Part shown: positions 1 through 11,700 of the stretch, piece by piece | How the letters are laid out: each line of letters begins with the position of its first letter | Position numbering within the stretch: position 1 is the stretch's first letter | Assembly (NCBI GenBank): GCA_040954595.2 | Contig: CM082583.2 | Span: 10,491,656-10,555,655, forward strand | Direction: 5' to 3' | DNA length: 64,000 nt | Source: Balanoglossus misakiensis | Lineage: Eukaryota; Animalia; Hemichordata | Notes under the pieces: model-generated | Databases searched by the model: none | What the model saw: the letters and a program-made list of their open reading frames with translations, nothing else | What the model was told of the DNA's origin: nothing | Made by a program: the position numbers and the translations under genes

Positions 1-479
1 TCGTTAAATTAACCAATATCATTTGATCTATCTGTCAACCACATTTGAAGTTTCCTGTTCAATTCTCTGCTGTTCTTACTTTTGTAATATAATATTAATC
101 TCGGCTACGGAGAAGAGCAAGGATCAACCAGTTTCAATTACAGCAACTTTCGAAGGTCGTGACATGTTTTCTTATACTGTACTCCGAAGTTCTCAGAGTA
201 ATCGGCGGTATAAAATCGAATGTCATTCCGATTAACGAGGAACAAATTTACACCAGCTTTATTTGCCACTCTATGTACGTAAAAGAGATGTAGGTACGTG
301 TGTAGTTATTTCCAGTTGTTTAAAGATGTCAACAGCATGGAAATGTGAGTAACACCCACGTGTAGGTCCTACTAAGCAATGTTATAATGTTGTGTTACCT
401 GAATAGTAAAGTCCCAGACTATATAAGTCCCGATCATTCCAGATGAGTGATTTGATGAATGTCAAGTACATGTCCATAA

Positions 480-625
480 TTAGTCCCCGTGGATGTAGTT
501 GGGGAGAATTAACAGCTGGGCTCTGTCCACCCACATGTCAGAACCAATTGGATACCTGAACCATAGTTCATCCAAACTCTGTACAAGGACAATGTAATAT
601 AAAATATATATGCATATACTGTTAG
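480..625 (+). mobile_element. Degenerate non-autonomous interspersed repeat fragment with a hairpin head (HINE/DINE-1-like)
   Basis: TTAGTCCCCGTGGATGTAGTTGGGGAGAATTAACAGCTGGGCTCTGTCCACC aligns by eye at about 70% with the reverse complement of 20735-20888. Both begin with a TTAGTCCC...GG(A/C)GA(AT/C)TAA stem-loop. Family assignment is inference. Confidence 0.4.
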
Positions 626-3600
626 TGTTAAGGTAGCAATCGGGCTACTCAATATAGTTAGGACAGACGTAAATCAGGAATATTTAAAATAAACCAATAA
701 AGTTATGAGTTGCAAGACGCGACATAATAAACTTACGCAACTTAATATTGTTAACCGACTCATTAATAAAATATCACAACATTTACAATGCCCATAATGT
801 TAGACAGTACGACTTAAGACATTTTTTTCTGATCTTACCTGATTGTGTTTTCGCGATGAAAAGTTCACTTTTGTGTAGACTTTATCACCTCTAAAAGGAA
901 ATTGCGATTTGTTCCGTCTGCTTGGATGCGCAGTAAAATTGTCTGAGCAATAACATATATGACAAGTCACGACCGCGAGCTTTTGATGAACACGAATATG
1001 GAAATGATTAGCAATATCGTGTGAAACTGATCGGCCTGCATGCTGATTCTTGCTTACGGGATTTGACTGTAATTCGCTACATGTAATTGTGAAAGGAATT
1101 TTACTCTCTTTACGGAACTTGCAAATGTTGTGAATAATTCGTGTCAAGATTACAGATGGAACAGTGGACAAACCTTGCTTCATTATGTCTTTATGCTGAA
1201 TTTTAAAATTTGAAGGGATCTCAATGAAATTTTAGACTAACAAACAATTGTATTTCTAAAGATGAAACGATCAGGTGGTCCAGCCCATATGGTTAAGACT
1301 TTATGTTTGTTAACAATGATGACTTGGAACCACAGGCTAATGGCTGGTTGTAGTTTTTGTGTACATTGAGTCAACCCAGAAGACTGACTGATCGAGACAA
1401 AATGGAAAACTGGCAAAATGTAACAAAACACTAGTTTGGATAAGGGTAACAAAAACCTAGAAAACGTGTACAATGCTGACTTATTTGCCAGACTGGCCGG
1501 CGTCTGTTGGCAAAGGTTGCCCTTATGGATAAAAACAGGGTTGTGAGATTGTATGCAATGATTGCCAGAGATTTTGTTCTGAAGCATGCGCGCTGGACGA
1601 GATGTTAGTCTAATTAAAATCAACATCAAACAATTGGGTGAAATGCCACATCTATGAGAGTGGCGACCAGATGTCGGCGTACTGCTGATTCCAGTTTGTA
1701 ATTTTAATTAGGGGTAACCCATTTAATATTGAGGAGAGGCTGGAGGAAAATAGATACGGAAGCAAAGTTTGCAAATGTCACAACCAATTTGGCCAAAAAA
1801 CATATGGTACCTTCTTTAACTAAAAATAGGTGTTCAAAATGAATTTCGCATAGAAGAAAATACAGTATGGGACAAGCTTTCAAAGCATTTAGCTGTAATT
1901 TATACATGATATATCTACTAGCTGTAAATGCCTTACCTGGAGATTTATTGTATTACTCATATAATCCTTGTAGGCCATAATAGAATACCCTTAATTCATA
2001 TTTCTTGCCAGTTTTTTTTTTTTCGGCATCATTTTAGGATGTCTTGTGAACAGTATGCTGTAGCGTGTAATGTGTTCTCCTAGTATTCAGCTACAATAGT
2101 CTAGTGGTGTCGTCTTGAAAGGCTACAAGCGCTCCAGGTAGCCCAGTGAGTTCTCGAGAGTGAGTATGAAATAATATACCATCCGCCAGCATGGCTAGTA
2201 GTTCTTGTTCTTATTAGAATTTAAATATATCTGTATATGGGGGACTTTCCTTGAAAGTTCGTCTTATGATTTCTCAGGAATTTTCACATGATGGTGGGCG
2301 AAGAATTTTCAAAGGGTAAGATTGTTATTTGATGTCACAAATCGTCAGGTTTTTATTTCATGTTGACCTAATTCCACACTTCAAGCCTACAGGTATTTTG
2401 TATTTTAGCCATATGGATTCCACAATTGCCAGCGGTTGTACATGGTATCGTGGTGTTTTAAATTATCTAGCGAGGGACTATGCACAGCCTTACACGAACT
2501 TATTCTCCATTTTGGGGTCAGAAACGTGGTGGTCGATAGTGGGCGTAGCTTCCCCAGATTTTTTCACATTTCTTTTGCTGTATGCCATCAAACTTCAGAT
2601 TTATTTAAATAGAATGTTGATAGACCTCAGCAGGTGTAGTTTGAAAATAGACAATATTTTCCCAAGTAGTAATATTTTAAAGACATCATGTTGATATTTT
2701 TTTGGAATTCATAGTTTTTCTATTTGACTAATACCACTCTGTAAAAAGAGTCATCACTGTAATGATGTTGAAGTTCCTGTTTGATGGTCGAAAGAATTGT
2801 TATCATCTTGGCATCTGGGTTGGCCCTGCAATGAACCTTGTAGGGTGTACGTGTTTTGTGCTGCCTGTCAGTTAATTTCTCACGAACTTACGATGACCTA
2901 GTTCAGGTCATGCTGTGTTACCCCAGTGATTATGGAGTGATTAAAATTGGCTTTCATTGTATGCTCAAACGAAGAACTCGCAATGCTACTGTTGGCAATA
3001 CCTGTGGGCATTACAGTGCCCCTGTGGTGTTGCTTTTGAAACCAACCCAGCCCTTGCCCGTAATATCTCAGGTGGCAATTTTGCTCGTGGTAAATGTTTA
3101 ACACTGAATCCAAACAAAGGAGTGTAGCCAAGCATTCAAGCTTTACGTTGCTTTGTGGAATTTCATGGAAATATCCACAGCTCCAGCTATGCCCCACATC
3201 ACAAAAGAATACGTGGGGCAGTTTCACCAGCTTCCTTTGGTGGAAAAGGATTTCTCACCCACGCATAAGAATAAATGGAAATGGATTTCAAACTTTGGCT
3301 TGGCGACTCTGGATAAATTCGCACAATGTTGACAATTTACATCCCATGTATCAATGCTTTAAGTAAAACCATAATGTGCGAAGAGTAATGGTACAGCTAA
3401 CTAAATTCTTCTGTGATGTTCCCCACAGACTGCGTTGTTATCACATACAGAATGGTGTCGCAGTTAGTAGTTTTATCTACTTTCAGAAATTTTAATCTGA
3501 AAGAATTTCACACCCAGTACCATCAGGCCCCGTTTAGGATCATTTGAACAGTGTGTATCATTCGTTACATGCCTAAAATCATTCTGTCAGGCAAAGCTGA

Positions 3601-5318
3601 CATGAATTGAATTGAAAGTTCCCTGGCAAGATATGTATACAATGTATACAGTAATGCAATTGAAATGAATATTATATGTTCCAAATGACCTTATCAAGTT
3701 CCAGAGTGTTACCATGGCATTTGCAAGTCTCCAGTTAAATCAATGGACAGAAAGAAATAGTTGCGTTGAAAAACAACAATGACTTTCAGGACAGTTTACT
3801 GCGAATTCGTTCATTTCCTATTTTTGTCAAACCATGCGAGCATATTCACTTCATATTCGGTTACTTTCAGTTCAGCGAATGTCAATAATGTTTGTAACAC
3901 CGCGAACAAAGATTAAAAGATGTACACATATTTTGTGCTGGTATGGAAGACTGCTCATGATCTGCAAAACTGCAACTCGTTTGTCGCTATACCCGGAATA
4001 CGACGCGCGATTTCCAAGGCAATATATGTAGGGTACTAAATCTAGTTTCCTTTCATCCCCATAATAGCCTCAGCTGGTTCATCTTTCAGCCACGATTATA
4101 TCAAATTAGGACTAATTTCTTGACTACACGTGTTATTGCATGTTCTCGACGACGGAAATAACGCCACTGTAATCGCGCCACCTTTGCCAGGCTCAAGTTA
4201 CTTGACTAGGGAAACTTACATCCTAATAATAGTGTGTTTGGAATACTTTGGAGATTACAAAAATGCAAACAAAGAAATGAATCATTTTATCTTACAAAGT
4301 GTATTTACTCAAAGCTGAGAATAGAGGAAACTTAATAAAAAATATGTAAAGTATGTATTTTTCCTAAGTCGAATGTTGTTTAAATAAAATGAAAATTGTA
4401 TACGTGTGCGAGGTTGTGTACCATAGTGATAAACTCACATCCTGACATGAATTTCGACCCATGTATTAGTCTTTGATATAGAACATATAATTTCTGTAAA
4501 CATAAACAGTTCCATGTAAAATGTGTCGTGACTAAGGAATAATGGCAGTATCATTTAATTCATTTCGCTTACATAATTACCAACATTGATAAACACTAAC
4601 ATCATACAGATTTTTGAAGATCTTGGTGAATACATGTATTAAAACTCTATATGATAAGGTGATTGTTTATAAAGATCATTTGTAACGTTGCATTGAATTT
4701 ATCATCACGTGCCCATGTGATCAGATCAGAGAAAAGCACCAAACTATTGTGCGCATCACCATGGGGAAGGCGAAAGCAAGTGTGTGAGAACTATCATCTT
4801 GCTTACACTAAAGGTTTGGAGTATTCCATACACATCACCAATGACTGCTTTCAATTTCATAGATTGACAGCTAGAAAATATTGGGATTGAAATTGCAATT
4901 GTGTGTTTTGGGATTTAAAATATGTTTGTTTCCCTAGGGTCATGAAGAGAAAAATAAAACCACATTACTGATAAAAATGATCTTTGCTTCGCTTTCGATT
5001 AGAGATATCGCTTTCAATCGCCTTTAAATGTACTGAAAACAAATATTGTGTGAAGAACTTGCTGATCGACATATTCAAGTTCGATTTCATCGACATATAT
5101 ACAGCAGATACCATTGTGGTTGTGATTAGTCGATCCACACTCTGCTGCCTCGAGTTCCTGCAACAAGAAGACATTCAAAGTAACATATACACTGTTTAAA
5201 AGAGAACAATGCTTGTCATTTCACTCAAATCAACTATTCGTCAAATGGATGTAGGAAAAAAATATTTAATATTCAATATTCAGCCGACCTATTTAGTGGT
5301 AGAATCATTTCATGGCAA

Positions 5319-5402
5319 GGGCTTTGGCAAAAATAACATGGAGAGGAGGGCTAGTGCTATTTAGGGTAGGTTTACTTTTTAATGCAGGTGTTTAGGGGAG
5401 GT

Positions 5403-5440
<38 letters not shown>

Positions 5441-5570
5441 TAAAGAGTATAAAAGTATACTAGGGTTACAATTTTTGATGCAGAAACTTCGGGGATGGTA
5501 ACTATTTTCCGTTGGTCGAGATTTTTAGAAACAATTAACAGCCCTCCCTATGTTAAATCTGTGCAGGCCC
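5319..5570. mobile_element. Possible degenerate MITE (GGG...CCC ends, TAA on the right flank; Tourist/PIF-like)
   Basis: Left end GGGCTTTGGCAAAAATAACATGGAGAGGAGGGCT resembles the reverse complement of the right end AGCCCTCCCTATGTTAAATCTGTGCAGGCCC(TAA). The TIRs are imperfect and no clean TSD is present on the left. Confidence 0.3.
5403..5438. repeat. (ATG)12 microsatellite
   Basis: Perfect trinucleotide run read directly from the sequence. Confidence 0.95.
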
Positions 5571-7371
5571 TAATGATGTTTGAACAATACACAATTGGGA
5601 GGTCAAGCAAGAAGCTCAAGTCGTCAGGCAAAATAACCTTTGGACTGGTTCGCTGTGGGCAATTATTAAAAAAAAATCAAGTAATTATACAAAAGTGGCC
5701 TCACCTCCAATAGTGCAAACCCTGCACTCCTAGCGGTAACCATACCGGTGGGAGTCATGGCTTGTACTCAATCATTTCAGTCATTGAAATGCAAAATGTA
5801 CGCATTCCAACATTAAGTCAAGTCTATGAAGGATGAAAATGTGTACCAGTGTGATTGTTCTGAGAGTATCCATATTATCTTTAAATTTTTCCCCTCATGT
5901 TTTTATGATGGAAAATGGTCCATCACAAACAGCAAAAGAGCCGATATGAATGAAATACCATACTTGCTAAAAGATAGGAAATGTAATACACTCTACTAGG
6001 AGCTTGAGATAATGAAACGATATATCATTTACATTGATATTAGATCTGTTCTTTTCTGTTTCTCATCAATTCAATATAATCTTGAAAGTATATTAAGTAA
6101 CACATTTATTCTTTAATATCTGTTAATATTATCATCATTATCTCACATTATATATTCTCTTTGATGTAATTGTGTTGTACATAATGGGCAAATCACAAAG
6201 TGACCATTTATGATTTGTTTCTCATTGGAAGCCTCTCGGCAAAATTAATATTTCATTTGAAAAAGAGAATTGCAATTCCTTGCAACAACAACATAAACAA
6301 AGTAAGAGCTACAAACCTAACCATATGACAGTGATTTTCTGCCCTATATTCTGCTTTGTGTCTTTTGGCGAATAATCGAATATGCAGTATTTCTGTTACA
6401 TTAGCACGATTTTTCTAGTATCTGCGACTTAAGGTGACTGATTTCAATTTTCCGCTCAAAGTCAAAGGAGAATGTGTCACAGCCGTGGGGTACCGAGACA
6501 CGCATGCGCATAACAACCTAATGTAATAAAAAGACACTGGAAAGTGTCAGAAAGGGGGCCTTTCCTCAGGTTACTACATTGTGTGTTTTGCCAGAAACAG
6601 CTGACAGATGTGACAGTTAATAGGGAGGTGTTATGCGAGCATCGTGAACCTATGCGTCAGACACACTTTAGGTGCACAATTTAAAACTAGAGCTACACTT
6701 TAATATTTCAAGAAAACAATCGACTGGGCATACCATTTTGTCATCATTGTGTTTGCTGCCTGATAGTCGTGATATTTCGACGCGGACATAATGCGTATAC
6801 TCACACCAGGAAATAGAGTTCGCGAAGTTCGATGCTGCGGCAGATAACTTGTGCCTGTCGCAGACACAACAAGAATTTTAAAATAGTACATACAAATTTT
6901 ATTTATTTATTTATTGTTTATTCCACTTGTTCTTATGTGTTTGTGCTGGTACCGTCACACACTTTATGTAACAACATAGTTTCTAAATTATTCCCATGTC
7001 ACTGATACACAATCAAAATGACTGTGAATATTAATTTGGATCTGTGTAATCCGAAAATTCCTTCAGAACGATTCACAGGGCATTTTCGATGGGGACACTG
7101 GAGCAGAATGACTTAAAAGACTGATTAGGATTTTCCATAGATGGGTTGTGGATTATTATTTGCGCATATCCCAAAGATACATGCGTTTCAGTTGGTGTAA
7201 TAGCTGATATAAGATAGTGCTTGTTTTTCTCTCACATGATATGTGTGGCATACATACATGCAAGGCAAACTCTGGCAGGTCTAAATTATGATCAGATCAG
7301 TGGTCTTCATGCACTCTGTCCTGCCTATGGCTGAACAGTTGATTGCTGTACATTTGTTATTGATTGTGCAG

Positions 7372-7515
7372 GAATAACTCAATTTCTGTTCGTCGACAGA
7401 TTTGCTTGACGATATTTGCCGAGGTATCGACGTGTCAGACATCGCAAGTCTACCTAGTTTGGTGCGACTGTGAGGAGATGGAAGTATTGCCATGGCGACC
7501 AATGAGATGGTTGTG
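7372..7515 (+). other. Candidate orphan exon (144 nt)
   Basis: Acceptor-like ttgttattgattgtgcAG ends at 7371 and a strong donor GTG|GTGAGT starts at 7516. One frame is open throughout, and a GCCATGG Kozak ATG lies at 7492 in another frame. No recognisable homology. Confidence 0.25.
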
Positions 7516-8309
7516 GTGAGTATATGACGCGTCATTATCGGTTGAGCAGACAATCTCGCAGTATCGAAGAACCGAGAGCGCCGCCAGAAGAAACTGAAAG
7601 CCCCCATTAACCTGATAGTCCCTTCGAAGTATATCAGTATTTTCATGAACACGGAACTGATATTCCTCTGAAAGAGCTGTGCCTGTTCACCGAAGACTCT
7701 TGGTCAGACTGAAAAAAGGTGCGTATACATGACTTCCTTTCTGTGAGAGTTAAACACAAATTCTTTATATCTCAGGAGACCATTCCATTACAGACAACTG
7801 TGTTTCATGTAGGTGTCAACTCACACTGGCTTGGAAACATATCTTACACCAACAAAACTCACTGTATCGAATTGTGATGTAGCAGTTTTACTGGTTTTCT
7901 TCTAATACACTCCATACCACGAGAGAAAAGGAGTGTATCTGTCTGATTATTTTGACATTTACCGGTACTACACAGAACTGTATTTTTTCATCGCAATGGT
8001 GCCCAGCAAATCTAACTGCGGCAGACGTAAATTCTTCCAACTTAGATAACATGAAGGGAATTTGAGTGTTCTAAGCTATGATGTGTCAGTTGTGATCTAC
8101 CAGTAATGTTGATGATGCACTAGTTGACATGTTTTAAAACAATTACAAAATTATAGGATTCGATGGGGAGTGTAATTAAACAATTAGATTAACTTTGACA
8201 TGTGTTAACAAAGTGACATACTGCTGTTCTTTTCGTAGTGGTGTCAAACGAGAAGAGAAAGTGCTATTTAAGTTTTTCATTGTAATATTCTTCATACTCA
8301 GGCTATGTA

Positions 8310-8402
8310 TCTAAACTATTTAATGGTGGAGATGATTTGAGCATTGATATGATTTTCTAAACTATTTAAATGGTGGAGATGATTTGAGCATTGATATGAT
8401 TT
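8310..8402. repeat. Tandem duplication of a 46-47 bp unit (2 copies)
   Basis: TCTAAACTATTTAA(A)TGGTGGAGATGATTTGAGCATTGATATGATTT occurs twice head-to-tail, differing by one A. Confidence 0.95.
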
Positions 8403-8689
8403 GAAATGTTAAAGCTCAAAGACTGACTTGGGCCGCGATGTAGTATTTTGAGCTTCTTGTTTTGTCTGTGTGTGTGTTGGCCCTTCCGTTTTTAACATTT
8501 TGGCATGAATTTTAAGACGGTGCCATCCTTTGTGGCAAAATGGGACATCGAACAAACGTTGGTGGTTGTCGATAAGCCAGGGTGTGTGTGCTTGCGTGCG
8601 TCAATCAAATCCAGACCAAACCGTAATGCAATGTTAGAGCACGGCAAAACCAACGCGTAAACTTCATTCTGGAAGACTCAAAGTTAAAC

Positions 8690-8721
8690 TGTAGACAATA
8701 CAGCAAGCTCTGCTGTCTACG
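8690..8721. mobile_element. 32-bp mini inverted-repeat insertion with 7-bp TSD (GTTAAAC)
   Basis: GTTAAAC[TGTAGACA-ATACAGCAAGCTCTGC-TGTCTACG]GTTAAAC. The terminal repeats match 7/8, and exact direct repeats lie at 8683-8689 and 8722-8728. Confidence 0.6.
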
Positions 8722-11700
8722 GTTAAACATGAAATGATCCAAATTTCACACCATGAAGCAGAGTCATCACCGGAAAGAGAGTTGCATTACAAATCAGCAG
8801 TTATTGCAATTTGTTTAGATGTCACTCAGGTAGCAACTTCATCATGATTTTACTGGTTTGATGGTTTGCAAATTCAATTAACAACTTAGAGAATAATAAA
8901 ATCAACTGCTCCTAATATCGATCTTCGGGCCCCAACTGTAAATTTATATATCCTGGGTATTCACCAGTGGATATTGATATCCCTGGGACATGTATCATTT
9001 TACGCGCCATTAAAGTCCAGAGCTAATGCAGACCTTGTGGATTCGATCGAAGAATTATGATATCAAGTAAGAGTCTTTTGTAATCCAAATAGGGAGATGT
9101 CAGCGTTGAGGTAATTCGACGCTTTGACGATTTCAGTTCGAGTTTTATACTATGGTTGCTGGAGACAGAATTTTAATGAACATAGGAGATAACTGCTTAA
9201 TCCTGTTTCACCAGGAAATTTATCACCATGGACTTTTCTTATGGTCCAATTCCGGTGGGAGTCTAGTTGGTAATACTGTATAATAAATCGATTCTCACCC
9301 TACTTATAATATCAAAATATTTACTTTACCATATAGTAATACCATTTGAACGTCGTCATGTCTGAATTACCTGGCAGGTATCCTTTAATGCACATATGAC
9401 GCACTTGGTGTACATCTATCAGTTGATATGGTGCCTACCATTGTCACTCTCTCGGATTGGGAGTCTTGCAGTGACAAAACAGTTTTGTTGGTGATCAACA
9501 CTCTCAGGGAAGTATGCGCGTGTGTTCCCAAAACCATAGATCCTTGAAGAGCAGAAACAGTTAACACTTACAAACACTGCACACAGTAGATGTTCTATTG
9601 TCTCCACTTGATAAAATGCATCACAGAATAAACCCCTTATAGGTAATATTAATGTGAATTTTTGTCATGTGGCCCTCTAATTATTATTCAATCAGATAAC
9701 TTAATTTATGCTTTTTTCGAGTTTGAAAAATTCCCTAGAGTCTTCGGGATGGGGACACTAGTTCAGATCCCACCATTATCATGCTGTACACTTCAGCTTG
9801 ATATATATACACGTACCGTATATCTGTTTAAGATACGATCAAACAAGGTATCAACACTACATATTATTGCAACTTGATTACCAACAAAATTCATGTGTTT
9901 TGATAGAGAACAATGTCGCGTTTACCTCAGTGTAAATTTGACCATAATGTATGGTGCTATGATGCAAGATCTATGCACAATTTCTAAATAATTACAGGTT
10001 TCTGTGCAGCTTACATTTAAACTGATGATTGTATTGCAACTTCATTTCGTAAACATTAGAGCAAGAAAATCATTTCTGTAATGGGTCCGCACAGAAGTAA
10101 CATGGTGCGTACAAATTAATGTACTTCAACATACCGATATAGACAGGCAGGTGGACAGACAGATAGACAAACAGGAAGGTGGAGGGGTCGGGCAACAGTA
10201 ACCTCAATAGGTGAAGATGAATCAATGAAAAACGTATCCTCCAGGTCATCATTTATACTTTAACAAACTCGGTATTGTGTCAATAAATAATATATTCTGA
10301 GCATGGCTGAAGACATTAGCTTTTTCATCACTTAGTATGTATGAGTATCCTGAAATGAATAGTAACTCTCACACATTATTTTAGTCAAATACCACAGACG
10401 CATTTCGCATTAAAACGAGAATAATGCAAACCATTTCGGCGCGCAGATAAAGTATTTTGGCGCACTCATAATTATCAGAGAGAAACACAATTTTCTGCCT
10501 TGATACAATGATTCCACTTGCCTTGTGACTAAGAAAATTCAATTAGAAATTTCCGAAAAAGGGCAAACTTCAGTACATATGCAGACACTAGCAGTGTCAT
10601 TTGTGGTGATCAGTTGAAACTAGCTTGTTATCAGACTGTGATGGTATTAGAATATATATTGCGTTGGTCGCGTCTGCAAGAGCATTTCCTTTTTTCCAGA
10701 CTTTGAACAAACCCCGTCACTTAATCGGTTTCAGTTATTTGCACACACACACGCTGTCGACTGATTATCACTGCTGTACAGAGTTGATAGTCGGCAATCC
10801 AGTCAGAGTAAAGTCAGCATTCAATTACACATTTTGGCGAGTTTATCTGATCTGTGGGTAATTAGCTCTCGGCTGTGCCATTTGATACGCTAGGCTTACA
10901 TCATACATGTATTACTAGTCCTATTCTCCGTGGCCAGGTGTGCTTATCCCTTTATACCATACAACCATAAAATATTCCCTTGATATCAATTGTCCAGGAT
11001 AATATTCTCTAGTTAAAAAGATATATCCAGTCTGTTTTCTGAAGCAGTGAATTGGTATGATCTATAATCTCCAGCTAAGCATCGGGCTGCTTTTTGTGAA
11101 TTATGGAAATATATCCCCAGGTTAAGGAATGTTTTCATTTTAATGTGTTGCTTTCAAGGTCACATAATAGTGACCCGGAAAAGCACCATACTATTCATTC
11201 GAAACTGCCACATCTGCAATCATGTAAATATTCATGTCGTCTGAATGCTCTGTAGTCTTCCAAACAAAGGTTCATTCTATCTTAATTCGCGACAAAATTG
11301 TATGTCGTTCGATACATGTTTGGACATAATCATACATTGTGAGGTGTGGTGTTTTCTATCTTTTGATAAAATCTTTACATTTGCATCTGTTTAAAGTCGA
11401 CATTTCTCAGCTCACACAAATGAGGCTATTAGGAATGGAGTGCGTGCTGTGTTCAAAATTCTACGGCTTTGAAGCACATATCGTTGGAACCCTTTCTTCA
11501 ATAAATGTAATTGGGCTTGGTTGTGCCAATTCATGTCTCATACATATGTCATGGCAGGACAATATTTTCTCACTATGAATGAAGCATTCGACCCCCGGCC
11601 ATGCACAACCTGTAGCGACGCTGTCTAATGATGTGTTCTGGTAATAGAGACTGGTGAAACCACTAAGCGCCGTTGGTGTCAAGAAAAAAAATGGCCGACG

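Noticed and set aside
2241-2250. Perfect NF-kB site GGGACTTTCC (also a CRE TGACGTCA at 39744-39751)
   Set aside because: Single short motifs are expected by chance in 64 kb, and there is no supporting context.
7381-7720. Plus frame interrupted only by TGA codons (selenoprotein or alternative code idea)
   Set aside because: No homology, no redox motif and no recognisable SECIS. Four TGAs are compatible with chance.
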